A DNA stretch of 64,000 bases from Thermoplasmatota archaeon. Lineage in GTDB: Archaea > Thermoplasmatota > Poseidoniia > Poseidoniales > Thalassarchaeaceae. Location: positions 907-64,906 of the forward strand of contig JAYZFV010000056.1 of assembly GCA_036336595.1 (NCBI GenBank). The letters are read 5' to 3'. Numbering within the stretch: the first letter of the stretch is position 1; each line of letters opens with the position of its first letter. Positions 19,064 through 28,696 of the stretch are shown piece by piece. The notes under the pieces were generated by a model. It had not been told where the DNA came from and searched no databases. It saw only the letters and a program-made list of their open reading frames with translations. The position numbers were made by a program, and so were the translations under genes.

Positions 19064-20269
19064 ATGGATGACAAATACGGCGATAGGCGCTTCGACACGA
19101 GGGCAGTCTGGTCCGGCACACAGAATATCGAGGGCTCGGTCAACACGCCGGCTTTCCTCGCGTCCACCTACAGGCTCACTGATGACAGATACAGGGAGTG
19201 GGCGGCCCGGGGCGGCCATCACACCCTCCTTTACAGCCGCTACTCGAGCGTGAACTCCGAGGCCGTTTCGGCCAAGGTGGCCTCCCTCGAGGGAGCGGAG
19301 GACGGCGAGACCTTTGCCAGCGGGATGGCCGCGATCTCCTCCACCCTGTTCTCCATCCTGTCCCAAGGCGACCACGTGGTCAGCTCCGCTGACGTATATG
19401 GCGGAACTTACGGCTTGATGACCTCCGAGCTACCGCGCTACGGGATCGAGGTGACGATGGCTGACATTCGGGACCCCTCTTCCTACGAGGCCGCGATCAA
19501 GGAGAGCACCAAGGCCCTCTACGTCGAGACGATAACCAACCCGGTTCTGAAGGTGTGCGACTTGGAGGCTATTGCGGCGCTGGCGAAGAAGCACGACCTG
19601 ATTTCCATTGTGGACAACACCTTCGCCACCCCATGGGCATGCAAGCCGATATCCATGGGCTTCGACCTGGTCATCAACTCAGGGACCAAGTTCCTGAACG
19701 GCCATTCGGACCTGATAGCTGGATTCGTGGTGGGAAGGGCGGATCTGGTCAAGCAGGCCTTCCACTTCAAGACCCGCTTCGGAGGGGCGGCCGATCCACA
19801 CATGTGCTACCTCCTCGAGCGCGGCATGCGTACCCTCCACGCCAGGATGCCAATTCACGTCGCCAACGCCGCGGAACTGGCGAGGAGGCTCGAGGACCAC
19901 CCGATGATTGAGAGCGTTAACCACCCCTCGCTGCCCGGCTTCGCCGACTACGAGGTTGCCCAGAGGATCGTTCCAAGGGGAACTGGAATGCTATCCTATG
20001 TGGTCAAGGGGGGCGACGATGCCGCAATGGCATACGTCAGAGCCTTGGAAGTGGTGTTCGAAGCCACAAGCCTGGGCGGGGTGGAGAGCCTTGTCGAGTG
20101 CCCGTTCAACACTAGCCACATGTTCGTGCCAGAGGACGTGCGCATGGAGGCTGGTGTAGTGCCCGGATTCGTCAGGATGAGCGTTGGGATAGAGGATGTT
20201 GAGGACCTGTGGGCCGACATGGATCAGGCCCTCTCCGCTGCTAACTCCTCTTTGGGTAACGGACCTTGA
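19064..20269 (+). CDS. Cys/Met metabolism PLP enzyme (cystathionine gamma-synthase/lyase family)
   Basis: YSR, FASGMAAI, YGGT, DNTFATP, SGTKFLNGHSD, SLGGVESL, RMSVGIED. Confidence 0.88.
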   Translation: MDDKYGDRRFDTRAVWSGTQNIEGSVNTPAFLASTYRLTDDRYREWAARGGHHTLLYSRYSSVNSEAVSAKVASLEGAEDGETFASGMAAISSTLFSILSQGDHVVSSADVYGGTYGLMTSELPRYGIEVTMADIRDPSSYEAAIKESTKALYVETITNPVLKVCDLEAIAALAKKHDLISIVDNTFATPWACKPISMGFDLVINSGTKFLNGHSDLIAGFVVGRADLVKQAFHFKTRFGGAADPHMCYLLERGMRTLHARMPIHVANAAELARRLEDHPMIESVNHPSLPGFADYEVAQRIVPRGTGMLSYVVKGGDDAAMAYVRALEVVFEATSLGGVESLVECPFNTSHMFVPEDVRMEAGVVPGFVRMSVGIEDVEDLWADMDQALSAANSSLGNGP

Positions 20270-20278
20270 GGATTAGGC

Positions 20279-20878
20279 ATGGACACGGGCCTCCTCATCG
20301 CGACTCTAGCCTTCATCATCCCGATGTGTTTCACTCCGGGACCCAACAACGTCCTGTGCGCCGCACATGGATCGCAGCACGGTCTGCGAGGGACCCTGCC
20401 ATTGATTGCTGGAATGGCGATAGGCTGGTCTACTCTGGGCCTCTTCGTCGGAGGAGCGACCGTCTTCATTGAGGAGAACGAGTCGTTCTTCGAATTACTG
20501 ACCTACATCGGAGCTGCATACAACGCCTATTTGTCATACAAGGTGGCGACCGCGATCCCGCTGGCCGACGATAATCAGGACGACGAACGACTTGGCACCA
20601 TGACGGGACTTGCCCTTCAGGTTGTCAACGGCAAAGCCTGGATTCACTTCCTAGTTCTGATGACTACCTTCGGGAGCCTATTCGGGCCCGGGTTTGCCGC
20701 CAAGGCGATGCTAGTACTGCTAAATCTGGTCTTCGGGCTTCCCGCAGTAATCACCTGGGCCTCATTCGGGACCTTGCTGAGGAGGGCCTTCAGCTCCCCG
20801 CAGTCAGCCACCAAGCTCAACCGCGCGATGGGGCTGTCCCTGTTCGCGGTCGCAGTGTGGCTTGTCCTCCCTCACTAG
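20279..20878 (+). CDS. LysE-family translocator
   Basis: FTPGPNN, QVVNGKAW, hydrophobic profile. Confidence 0.85.
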   Translation: MDTGLLIATLAFIIPMCFTPGPNNVLCAAHGSQHGLRGTLPLIAGMAIGWSTLGLFVGGATVFIEENESFFELLTYIGAAYNAYLSYKVATAIPLADDNQDDERLGTMTGLALQVVNGKAWIHFLVLMTTFGSLFGPGFAAKAMLVLLNLVFGLPAVITWASFGTLLRRAFSSPQSATKLNRAMGLSLFAVAVWLVLPH

Positions 20879-20935
20879 CCCGATCAGCATTGATGAGGTG
20901 TTGGCATTCATAGCCAAGTCGGGATATCACGCATC

Positions 20936-21586
20936 GTGAGGCTACTTATCAGGGCGGTCTTGGTCGCGATGACCCTGCTATGCATGTCAGGCTCGGCCAT
21001 CGCTGAACCATACACCATCTCCGGCTCTGTGGCATACCAAAACGACACTCCCGTGCAGTACGAGGAGGTCGAGGTCGACTGCGCGACGTACGAGTACGAC
21101 TGCCACGCCTTCGAGGGTCAATCGGCGCCGACCGATCTCAGTGGGGCGTACGACCTCACCATCGAGGTGGACGAGAGCTACGACGGCGCCGAGTTGCTGC
21201 TTACCATCCGCGGCGAATCGTTCGGCCACGTAATCAACCTCTCAGCAGCTGACCAAACCTCCGAAGGCTATGTGATAGAGCAGGATATCATCCTAGTCCA
21301 AAACTCCCCAGCAGGGCCGATTTTCACTGGCCTTGGTTGCTCGACGCTCGTCTTTTCAGTCGCTTTCATTCTGATTCTCATTCGTACGGTTCGCAGGTAT
21401 TCAGTGGGGGATCAGGGGGAAAGATTCGTTGGACATAAGACCAACCCGATCACCGATTGCCCGGTGTGCGAGGGCAGGCTCCCCCGCCATCTGCTTACTC
21501 GCCACTTGATAGTCGAGCACGAGATTGACGCGCACGAGGCGGCAGAGATGGCAGGGGGTTTGATGCATGAGCCGAGTCGCGATTGA
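20936..21586 (+). CDS. Hypothetical single-pass membrane protein: secreted beta-rich domain, TM helix, C-terminal C2H2-like zinc finger
   Basis: Signal peptide, TM LVFSVAFILILI, CPVC-x11-H-x4-H. Confidence 0.65.
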   Translation: MRLLIRAVLVAMTLLCMSGSAIAEPYTISGSVAYQNDTPVQYEEVEVDCATYEYDCHAFEGQSAPTDLSGAYDLTIEVDESYDGAELLLTIRGESFGHVINLSAADQTSEGYVIEQDIILVQNSPAGPIFTGLGCSTLVFSVAFILILIRTVRRYSVGDQGERFVGHKTNPITDCPVCEGRLPRHLLTRHLIVEHEIDAHEAAEMAGGLMHEPSRD

Positions 21587-21671
21587 TGGTGCAGAGGACA
21601 GGATTCGAACCTGCGAAGCACTACGCACTGGGACCTCATCCCAGCCCCTTTGACCGCTCGGGTACCTCTGC
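21587..21671 (-). tRNA. tRNA-Leu(GAG), long variable arm, CCA encoded
   Basis: Reverse complement GCAGAGGTACCCGAGCGGTCAAAGGGGCTGGGATGAGGTCCCAGTGCGTAGTGCTTCGCAGGTTCGAATCCTGTCCTCTGCACCA. Anticodon stem CTGGG/CCCAG, loop ATGAGGT. Confidence 0.95.
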
Positions 21672-21721
21672 TCGGGTCCGGACTGGAACGCCGGTCGTAT
21701 TTCACGGTGGCGAACTTTGGG

Positions 21722-22624
21722 CTAGAAGTGGATTCCGTGCTTCGCTGCCATCGGAGGGGCCCGGCCCGTCTTGGCGTAGTAGAAGAGCGAGGCCCTGTTC
21801 ACCGCTTCGACGGTGGAGAAGAACAGTACGGCAAGGAGGAGCGCGACGACCATTATCACACCACCCAGAACGGCCCCCGCGTCATTGATCATCATGAACG
21901 GGAAGCAAATAGCGAAGATCAGGAGTATCACGATAGTCATCAGCAGGCCAGTCCCGACGTGCGAGGAGACGTCCTCCCCCCAGGTCTTCTTGAACATCTT
22001 AGGACTCCGACTCATCCCTTCAAACACCCCTGCCCTCTCCAGCACAATTACTGGAATCACGAAGAAGGTCACTATCCACCAGGCAATTCCGAAGATGAAC
22101 GACGCCAAACCGGCCACAATCCTCACGGGAGGAGCAGCGTCCTCGCTCTTTGAGATCCCCTCGAGAATCTGCAGGAACAACCCGACCGTTCCTGCTATGA
22201 CCCCCCAAACCAGGATCTGTGGAAGGCACTTCATAGCCTGGCCTATGCCGTAGGAGAAGCTAGGGTTCGTCCCAGCGGTGAGGCGCTCGTAAGCGCTAGC
22301 GATGATGGCTGCGTTCCAGAAGACTGTGATCACCGAGACGGTCAGATAGAAAACGAACCAAATAACCAAGTGGCCCGCCACGAACTCCCCCCCACCTTCA
22401 CATCCTTCTCCAACGCAGTCGGAGTTAGGGTCAATCGCATCCAGTCCGATCGACCCGGCAAGAGCAGCACCGATGGCCACTAGCGAGAATACGGCCGACA
22501 GGAAGGTGTAGACCATCAGCTCCGGATCAGCCCTCACCACAGCCATGCCAAGCCTGGTCATCTTCCATCCTCTCGAGATTCTCTCAGCGAAGCCGATCCT
22601 GTTCCTAGACGTACTCATCATCAT
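21722..22624 (-). CDS. Conserved integral membrane protein (DUF6159-like)
   Basis: Multiple TM helices. FFVIPVIVLE...S..MFKKTWGE pattern. Confidence 0.65.
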   Translation of the reverse strand: MMMSTSRNRIGFAERISRGWKMTRLGMAVVRADPELMVYTFLSAVFSLVAIGAALAGSIGLDAIDPNSDCVGEGCEGGGEFVAGHLVIWFVFYLTVSVITVFWNAAIIASAYERLTAGTNPSFSYGIGQAMKCLPQILVWGVIAGTVGLFLQILEGISKSEDAAPPVRIVAGLASFIFGIAWWIVTFFVIPVIVLERAGVFEGMSRSPKMFKKTWGEDVSSHVGTGLLMTIVILLIFAICFPFMMINDAGAVLGGVIMVVALLLAVLFFSTVEAVNRASLFYYAKTGRAPPMAAKHGIHF

Positions 22625-22650
22625 GATTCAATCCCACGCTCCACCAGTCT

Positions 22651-23112
22651 TCAAGATTGACCCGACGCACCGGTCTTCACAGCATCCCCTGGCCTAACTA
22701 CGCCCTCCTCGAGCACTGCTGCGCACCATCTGGACCAGCCGGGGAAGCGCCCTTCCTCGATCCTCCCAGAGTCTCCATCGGAGAACTGGTCCTCGATCAC
22801 GTGACACGGCGCGGTGGGCCCCGTCAGCTCAAGCAGGGTCTCGCCGACTTGCAGCCTGTCGCCCACTGCGAGTGAGCCCCAGTCGAGCCCCTCGATGGTT
22901 ATGTTCTCGCCTAGGCTGCCGGGTGCGGCGACGGGGTGCCCCTCCTCGCGCAGACCCTCTATCCTCTCGAGCGAGTAGATGATGACGGCCCTGCGCGTGC
23001 TCCTCCGCTTGTCGCCCTCTATGCCCTCTGTGCCCAGCCTCGCCGCACTGAGAGGCAGCTTGGGGACTCCCCCTCCCTCGCGAACGCAGACTGAGTGCAC
23101 GCAACCGGTCAT
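22651..23112 (-). CDS. MOSC-domain protein (YiiM-like)
   Basis: GGVPK, GSLGENIT, TAPC, VLEEGVVRPGD. Confidence 0.85.
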   Translation of the reverse strand: MTGCVHSVCVREGGGVPKLPLSAARLGTEGIEGDKRRSTRRAVIIYSLERIEGLREEGHPVAAPGSLGENITIEGLDWGSLAVGDRLQVGETLLELTGPTAPCHVIEDQFSDGDSGRIEEGRFPGWSRWCAAVLEEGVVRPGDAVKTGASGQS

Positions 23113-24038
23113 GAGCGTCCCTCCAAGAATGGGAGCGGCACATCAAGCCTCTCGACCATCTCCCTGTAGCGGCCTCCCAAGCCCGGGTCTGGGGACTCCA
23201 GATTATGCTTCCAGTAGCGCCAGCCCGCGATTGCCAGAGTTGCATACCTATGCATGTCCGGCAGCGCGGCCAGTTCGGCGGCATTCAACTCGCGCACTGA
23301 TTCGTAGCCTTCGACCAGAGCCCCCCAACGCTCCCCGATAGGAGCATTGTCATGCCATCCGAAGCCTACGAACGACATCGCCAGATCGAACACGAGCGGT
23401 CCAATCCACGCCTCTTCAAGGTCTAGGATTGCAACGACGTCCCCCCCACTACCGATGACATTGTCCGGAAAGAGGTCGCCGTGGAGGATTCCACTAGGCA
23501 GGTCTTTGGGAATTCGTTGCCGCAGGCCCGCAGACTCCTTGCGCAGAACATCCAAGAAAGGCGACCATGAATTCCGCTCCTCAGCTAGAGCAAACACCTC
23601 CTCGAAGAACTCGAACCCCATCGTATAGACTTCGGGAAAGCAATCTCCGATTGGCACGAGATGCATTCTAGCCTGTACCTCGCCGAGGCTTCTGAGGGAA
23701 TCAGCATCCGAGCCGAGCAGCCCACCCTCATAATGAGGCAGGAGGGTCCAAGCTACCCCATCCCGCTCGACGAGCCTCTCACCGCCTTCCAGCCTGAGGG
23801 GTACCGGTGTCGGTATCCCGTGGTCGTCTAGGTGTGAGTGCCGCAGGATTACCCGGGCCACCTCATCCACAGTGTTCGCATCCCAAGCCTTCAGTACGAC
23901 ACTAGTCCCGTCGGTGAGTGAAAGAAGGAAGTTGGTATTGTCCCAACCCCCCTGCATTGGCGTCATTGACGAAACTTCTGGCATGCCCGACAGAGAGAGC
24001 AGCCACGCTGCATCCCCTTCGTCAACCTCAATGGCCAC
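23109..24038 (-). CDS. APH-type phosphotransferase, probable type II homoserine kinase
   Basis: GWDNTNF, LPSGILHGDLFPDNV, ILDLEEA, FDLA. Confidence 0.75.
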   Translation of the reverse strand: MAIEVDEGDAAWLLSLSGMPEVSSMTPMQGGWDNTNFLLSLTDGTSVVLKAWDANTVDEVARVILRHSHLDDHGIPTPVPLRLEGGERLVERDGVAWTLLPHYEGGLLGSDADSLRSLGEVQARMHLVPIGDCFPEVYTMGFEFFEEVFALAEERNSWSPFLDVLRKESAGLRQRIPKDLPSGILHGDLFPDNVIGSGGDVVAILDLEEAWIGPLVFDLAMSFVGFGWHDNAPIGERWGALVEGYESVRELNAAELAALPDMHRYATLAIAGWRYWKHNLESPDPGLGGRYREMVERLDVPLPFLEGRS

Positions 24039-24115
24039 GGCATAACGCTAACACTGCCTCATATTGCTTCTTCTCTCCAGTTAGGACTTAACATATCCAC
24101 AGCCACGCAACCCGC

Positions 24116-25057
24116 ATGCGAGCCATCCTGCCGCAGCCAAACCTGCTCATGGTCGGGGCCCCGAAGTCCGGAACGACGTCACTTTTGATGTGGCTCAGAA
24201 GCCACCCAGAGGTCTACCACCCGTGGCTCGGAGCCGGGTCGGAGGCAGTCGAGAGCGGATTCCTAATAGCAGGACCTACCGAAATCCCCATTTCACCATC
24301 TAGACCAAGGGGAACGCTCCTGTTACCACACGATACCGATGTAGATCGCTACAAAGGGGAGCCTTGGATAATTGACAAGTCCCCGCAGCACCTATACTCA
24401 AGCCGGGCGTTGGAGACAGTACGCGATTTGATGCCCGACGCAAAGGTCATCATAACCCTCAGGGATCCCTACGATCTTCTAATCAGCCAATATATGCAAA
24501 TGTGGAAGGGCATGAATTTCGACATCCCATTCGAGGAGCTATACGATATGATGCAGACCCAAGGATGGGAGGCCGATACCGAGATTGCAGAGACCTGGGC
24601 CTTTCTCACATATCCCCGGTATTCCGAATTTGTTCGTGCCTGGGTATCCGAACTTGGCTCCGAAAGGGTGAGGGTGGTGACGCTGGCCTCAATCGCAGGT
24701 AATGCAACGGGTGTGCTGCGGGAAATTTCTGAGTGGCTAGAAATTAGCCCTAGCAAGATGCCCACCAATCCCCCGGTGAGGAACACTAGGGGCAAACTAT
24801 CCAACACCCCGATCAGGAAGTTCCTGAGGGAACCTCCCAAATGGGTGTTTTCCTCTGCCAGGCTGTTGTTACCTAGCAGATCTGCTAGGAAGGCGCTTCT
24901 AGATCCCATAAGGAGGAGGGGATGGAAGCACGTTCCAGCGGACAAACCCGTGGTCCCACCAGAAATGGAGAGGGAAATCAGAGCGAGGCTGAAGGAGGAT
25001 ACCGAGTTCTTCGAGGCCCTCGATTCGCTTTTACCCAGCGGCACGACGATCGGCTAG
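24116..25057 (+). CDS. Sulfotransferase (PAPS-dependent)
   Basis: 5'-PSB VGAPKSGTTSL, DKSPQHL, 3'-PB LRDPYDLLISQY. Confidence 0.88.
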   Translation: MRAILPQPNLLMVGAPKSGTTSLLMWLRSHPEVYHPWLGAGSEAVESGFLIAGPTEIPISPSRPRGTLLLPHDTDVDRYKGEPWIIDKSPQHLYSSRALETVRDLMPDAKVIITLRDPYDLLISQYMQMWKGMNFDIPFEELYDMMQTQGWEADTEIAETWAFLTYPRYSEFVRAWVSELGSERVRVVTLASIAGNATGVLREISEWLEISPSKMPTNPPVRNTRGKLSNTPIRKFLREPPKWVFSSARLLLPSRSARKALLDPIRRRGWKHVPADKPVVPPEMEREIRARLKEDTEFFEALDSLLPSGTTIG

Positions 25058-25971
25058 CGTTCGAACGCTTCTAACCAATGGCCGGTCTGGAATCCGGTTA
25101 GCTTCTCAAACCTCTCTAAGTCCGGCACAACCTCTCCTTCACAGGTTTGGTAGTGACCCTTAGTCAGCGATGAATCCTCGCCTTTCCTACTTATGAGGGG
25201 GAGGCCATAGATGTTCAGTGATCGTTTCTGCAGGGGCTTCGCAAGCACACCCCTTACCGAATTCGGAATAATGCGTACTGCGGCTTTGAAGGCCCTTCCC
25301 AGAGGAGTGACTCCCCTCCTACCTAGTGAGGCGTTCGCACTCTTCTCAGACAGGAAATCGTATTCGAATTCTCCTAAACCGAAATGAGCATTGATTTCCC
25401 CTAGAACAACATCGGGCGCAACCCTCATCCTCTTGCTATCGATAATCAGAAAACGCCCTCTTTCGAATATCTCTAACCAGCGTGCCATCGAAGCTGACCA
25501 TATTGAGTCGTCCTTCAGCCTCTGGTCTCCCCATGCGGTCTCGAAGTCGGACCAATCTGCTCCATGCCTACGGTCTGCCATGTTGTCCCTGACCATCTTC
25601 CAGTGACTGAAAGCCCTCTCAACCGGCTCCCTTAGGCAAACCACAAAGCGGGCTTCAGGATTGATTTGGAGCACCCTGTTTGGGGCCAGAGGGCAGGAGA
25701 ATGCATGTACCGAACCATCGACTCTGAAACCATTGCCTGAGAAAGCCCGCCGATATTCATCTAGATCCGGGTCGGATGCGTCCCTTCCAAATGTCCCACG
25801 ATGGCTGGCCAAGATATTCGGCTCCTTGGGTTCGGAGAAGTCAATGCCGGGGTTCTGCGTAAGGACCCCCGCCAGCCAAGTTGTCCCACACTTGGGCATC
25901 CCTAGCAGAAAACCATCCACCATGGGCCTTTCTTCCACGGTTGCAAACGTCCACAGGGCCTTATGACTCAA
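25054..25971 (-). CDS. Sulfotransferase (PAPS-dependent)
   Basis: LGMPKCGTTWL, PKEP, LREPVERAFSHW. Start could be ATG 25923. Confidence 0.88.
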   Translation of the reverse strand: MSHKALWTFATVEERPMVDGFLLGMPKCGTTWLAGVLTQNPGIDFSEPKEPNILASHRGTFGRDASDPDLDEYRRAFSGNGFRVDGSVHAFSCPLAPNRVLQINPEARFVVCLREPVERAFSHWKMVRDNMADRRHGADWSDFETAWGDQRLKDDSIWSASMARWLEIFERGRFLIIDSKRMRVAPDVVLGEINAHFGLGEFEYDFLSEKSANASLGRRGVTPLGRAFKAAVRIIPNSVRGVLAKPLQKRSLNIYGLPLISRKGEDSSLTKGHYQTCEGEVVPDLERFEKLTGFQTGHWLEAFER

Positions 25972-26032
25972 TCGGACGCCCCTTTCATCAAGATAGTGAA
26001 ATACATTCGGCTTTGCACCCCCATTGAGGCAG

Positions 26033-26830
26033 ATGTATAGGCTGATTTGGTTTCAGCACGTTCACAAGGCTGCAGGCAGCGCGGTGATCAACCAAGCGAT
26101 AGCCAACGGTGAGACCCTCTACCCAGTCCACGAGAACGGAAATCCGTGCTCCTCAACCCGGGAATTGCTCCCAATCTGGGATTACGAAGATAACGAGTTA
26201 TTGGAATTCATCGATGACTGCCAGTCTAAGGGTGTTACTTTCGTTGCAACAGAGTGGGGCTCGCCAACATTCCGAATCCTGAATTCAGATTCCAGAGTAG
26301 TGCTGGTAACTTGTATCAGGGAACCATGGAGCAGACTGGTTTCCAACTACAACTATGACTACTACTTGGGATTCTCCAGCGCGCGCGCTCTTTCTGAATA
26401 CATGATCGGGGAACATAGGATTAAGTTGGACAATTACCTAGTGAGGGTCTTCTCCGGAGATTCCGACCACGAGGGAAAAACCCTCGGACTAGAATCGGTA
26501 AATTCATCGATAACAAACCTGCAATTATTCGATTTGGTTCTAATTACTGAAAGAGAGGGCGATCTGGGAAACCATCTCTTCGAGGCGCTGGGTTGGGAGG
26601 CTAAAATAGTGGATAGCCACTCCACTTTCGGCAACCTCTGGACGCTCTCAACGTTGATACGCCAACTCAGACTGCTATCGGCTGTGAGATACCTTTTGAG
26701 GGTGAAACGCCAAGTCACAGAAGGAGACAGGAGAGATTTCGAAGAGAAATCGAGCCTAGAGTTGGAACTGTACAGTAGGGTGAACGACCTGCAAATTCGT
26801 GGTCGCATTCACCCTCTCAATTCCCAATAA
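26033..26830 (+). CDS. Sulfotransferase family-2-like protein
   Basis: FQHVHKAAGSAV (HxxKxxGS/T), IREPWSRLVSNY. Confidence 0.72.
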   Translation: MYRLIWFQHVHKAAGSAVINQAIANGETLYPVHENGNPCSSTRELLPIWDYEDNELLEFIDDCQSKGVTFVATEWGSPTFRILNSDSRVVLVTCIREPWSRLVSNYNYDYYLGFSSARALSEYMIGEHRIKLDNYLVRVFSGDSDHEGKTLGLESVNSSITNLQLFDLVLITEREGDLGNHLFEALGWEAKIVDSHSTFGNLWTLSTLIRQLRLLSAVRYLLRVKRQVTEGDRRDFEEKSSLELELYSRVNDLQIRGRIHPLNSQ

Positions 26831-27425
26831 ATTACAACAGCAATCAGGGGGCAATGGCATCTTTTCCTTCTTTTCCAGAGATCACCGCAAGAATCTCTTG
26901 AGGTTTATGCCAAAGAACTCAATATGCGCGGAGATAGGGGTTTGGAAAGGCGACTTCTCGCATAGGATACTGGATATCGCGAAACCAAGGAAACTCCATC
27001 TCATCGACCCCTGGGACTTCCAACCAGATTTCCCACACCGCTGGTATGGGGGCACCAGAGCGAGAAGCCAAGAGGAAATGGATGCGGTGTTCGAAGGCGT
27101 CCGAGAGAGATTCAGCAGCCGCATTGAGGTGAAGTTTCACAGGGACTACTCCGACAAGGCCGCGTCGGAATTCCCAGATGAGTACTTCGACTGGGTCTAT
27201 ATCGACGGCAATCACGACTACGAGTTCGTCAAGCAGGATCTAGAGGCATTCTTGCCCAAGGTGAAGGACGGCGGCTTCATTACAGGAGACGACTACTTGC
27301 AGCCATCTCCCGACAATTCGAAGTTCCTCCCCGTGAAAGAGGCCGTATCGGAATTCGTGCGAGAATATCCCGTGGAGTCACTCAAGTTGTTCGGCACTCA
27401 ATTCATCATTAGGAAGGCGGGCTGA
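26799..27425 (+). CDS. Class I SAM-dependent methyltransferase (Methyltransf_24-like)
   Basis: AEIGVWKG, LIDPW, FDWVYIDGNHDYE, GGFITGDDY. Start uncertain. Confidence 0.85.
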   Translation: MVAFTLSIPNKLQQQSGGNGIFSFFSRDHRKNLLRFMPKNSICAEIGVWKGDFSHRILDIAKPRKLHLIDPWDFQPDFPHRWYGGTRARSQEEMDAVFEGVRERFSSRIEVKFHRDYSDKAASEFPDEYFDWVYIDGNHDYEFVKQDLEAFLPKVKDGGFITGDDYLQPSPDNSKFLPVKEAVSEFVREYPVESLKLFGTQFIIRKAG

Positions 27426-27458
27426 GAAAACCCTGCAATTTGACATGCATCGCTCGCT

Positions 27459-28295
27459 CTATTCGATTGGGCTGAGGATGAAATGGAAGGCCTTTTTCGG
27501 CTCTCCCAGAGTAGCCTTCCTCAACCTCCAGAACGCAGCTAGGGACCAGGCCCTGGCCCACAAGGAAAAGGACTGGATTCTCGTCAGCGCCTCAACATCG
27601 CCTGGTTCGTGCACCCTCCTCATCTCACGCCTCAGTTTTCGCAGATCTCCATTCATCACGCTCTTCCGAGAGATCATGCCTGCAGCACACTCCACGAATT
27701 TCTTCGGGTTGCAATGGTACAGCAACTGTTCGGATCGAGGGTAGGCACCATAGACCCCCCCGTGAATTCCAATGGGCTCTGGATGATGCACTTTGCAGTT
27801 TGGCGCCCATACCATTCTTTGCCCAGAATCGATTACCCTCCAAGCCAGATCCGTGTCCTCCCTGTGGAGGTAGTACCTCTCATCGAAGCCTCCAACCTGC
27901 TCGAGTATGTCCCTCCTCACAACCATGTTTGCCGTCTTGAACCGATCCCACTTGAACCGATTCGGGGGGTTGAAGTCCACCTTCTCTCCAGCCAGGTTAG
28001 TGGTTGTCATGCCGCCCTCTATTCCACCCACACTCTCGGTTTCCATGATTGACTGTATGACCTCAATCCAATTCTCTTGAGCGATGCAGTCGTCATCGAT
28101 GAAGGCGACAAACTTTCCCGAGCCACGCCTCCAACCTATGTTTCGGGTTTTTCCCGGACCTTGATCGGTTTCGGAATCGTCAACCACCTCTATCGAACGA
28201 GCGGGCAGGGTCTGCCGCCCCAGAGACTCCAAGCACGCAGCTAGGGCAACCGGCCTCCTGAAGGTGGGAATGACAACATCGACTTCAGAATCCAC
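27459..28295 (-). CDS. Glycosyltransferase family 2
   Basis: VVIPTFRR, VVDD, FIDDD, GGFDE, EDTDL. Confidence 0.9.
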   Translation of the reverse strand: MDSEVDVVIPTFRRPVALAACLESLGRQTLPARSIEVVDDSETDQGPGKTRNIGWRRGSGKFVAFIDDDCIAQENWIEVIQSIMETESVGGIEGGMTTTNLAGEKVDFNPPNRFKWDRFKTANMVVRRDILEQVGGFDERYYLHREDTDLAWRVIDSGQRMVWAPNCKVHHPEPIGIHGGVYGAYPRSEQLLYHCNPKKFVECAAGMISRKSVMNGDLRKLRREMRRVHEPGDVEALTRIQSFSLWARAWSLAAFWRLRKATLGEPKKAFHFILSPIE

Positions 28296-28366
28296 AGCGG
28301 CTCGAGGGCGAGCATCGTAATTAGTCTCGCGTACAGTTCAAGAATCGGCGATGACACCCACGCGTC

Positions 28367-28693
28367 GTGATAGACCTCGCGTCGATGGTTCTGATGGGTT
28401 TCCAAGACGACATAGTCTTGGTATTCGGTGACACCGTCGGTTGGCTGATTGGTCACCTAATCTTACTTGGTGCCCTCGCTATGGCAGTCGTGGCAATACG
28501 TGAGAGGGATCACATCCTCAATCAGTCCGGGTTCGACCGCAGCACCATTAGGGACGCCTCGTTGGTCGTCGGACTGACCTTGGTGCAGTACCAAGTATTC
28601 ACTTCGACGTTCGGATTCGACCCCTTGGCTTCGTTAGCACTGGCGGTACTATCGAGCTTCACTATTCGCTGGCTCGTTAACGTCTTGGGATAG
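28367..28693 (+). CDS. Small hypothetical membrane protein (3 TM)
   Basis: Hydrophobic ORF filling the gap. TTCAAG motif 30 bp upstream. Confidence 0.6.
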   Translation: MIDLASMVLMGFQDDIVLVFGDTVGWLIGHLILLGALAMAVVAIRERDHILNQSGFDRSTIRDASLVVGLTLVQYQVFTSTFGFDPLASLALAVLSSFTIRWLVNVLG

Positions 28694-28696
28694 GCA

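Noticed and set aside
21587..21720. tRNA-Leu (and tRNA-Cys) as integration sites of a mobile element
   Set aside because: No integrase and no duplicated tRNA 3' end seen in the window.
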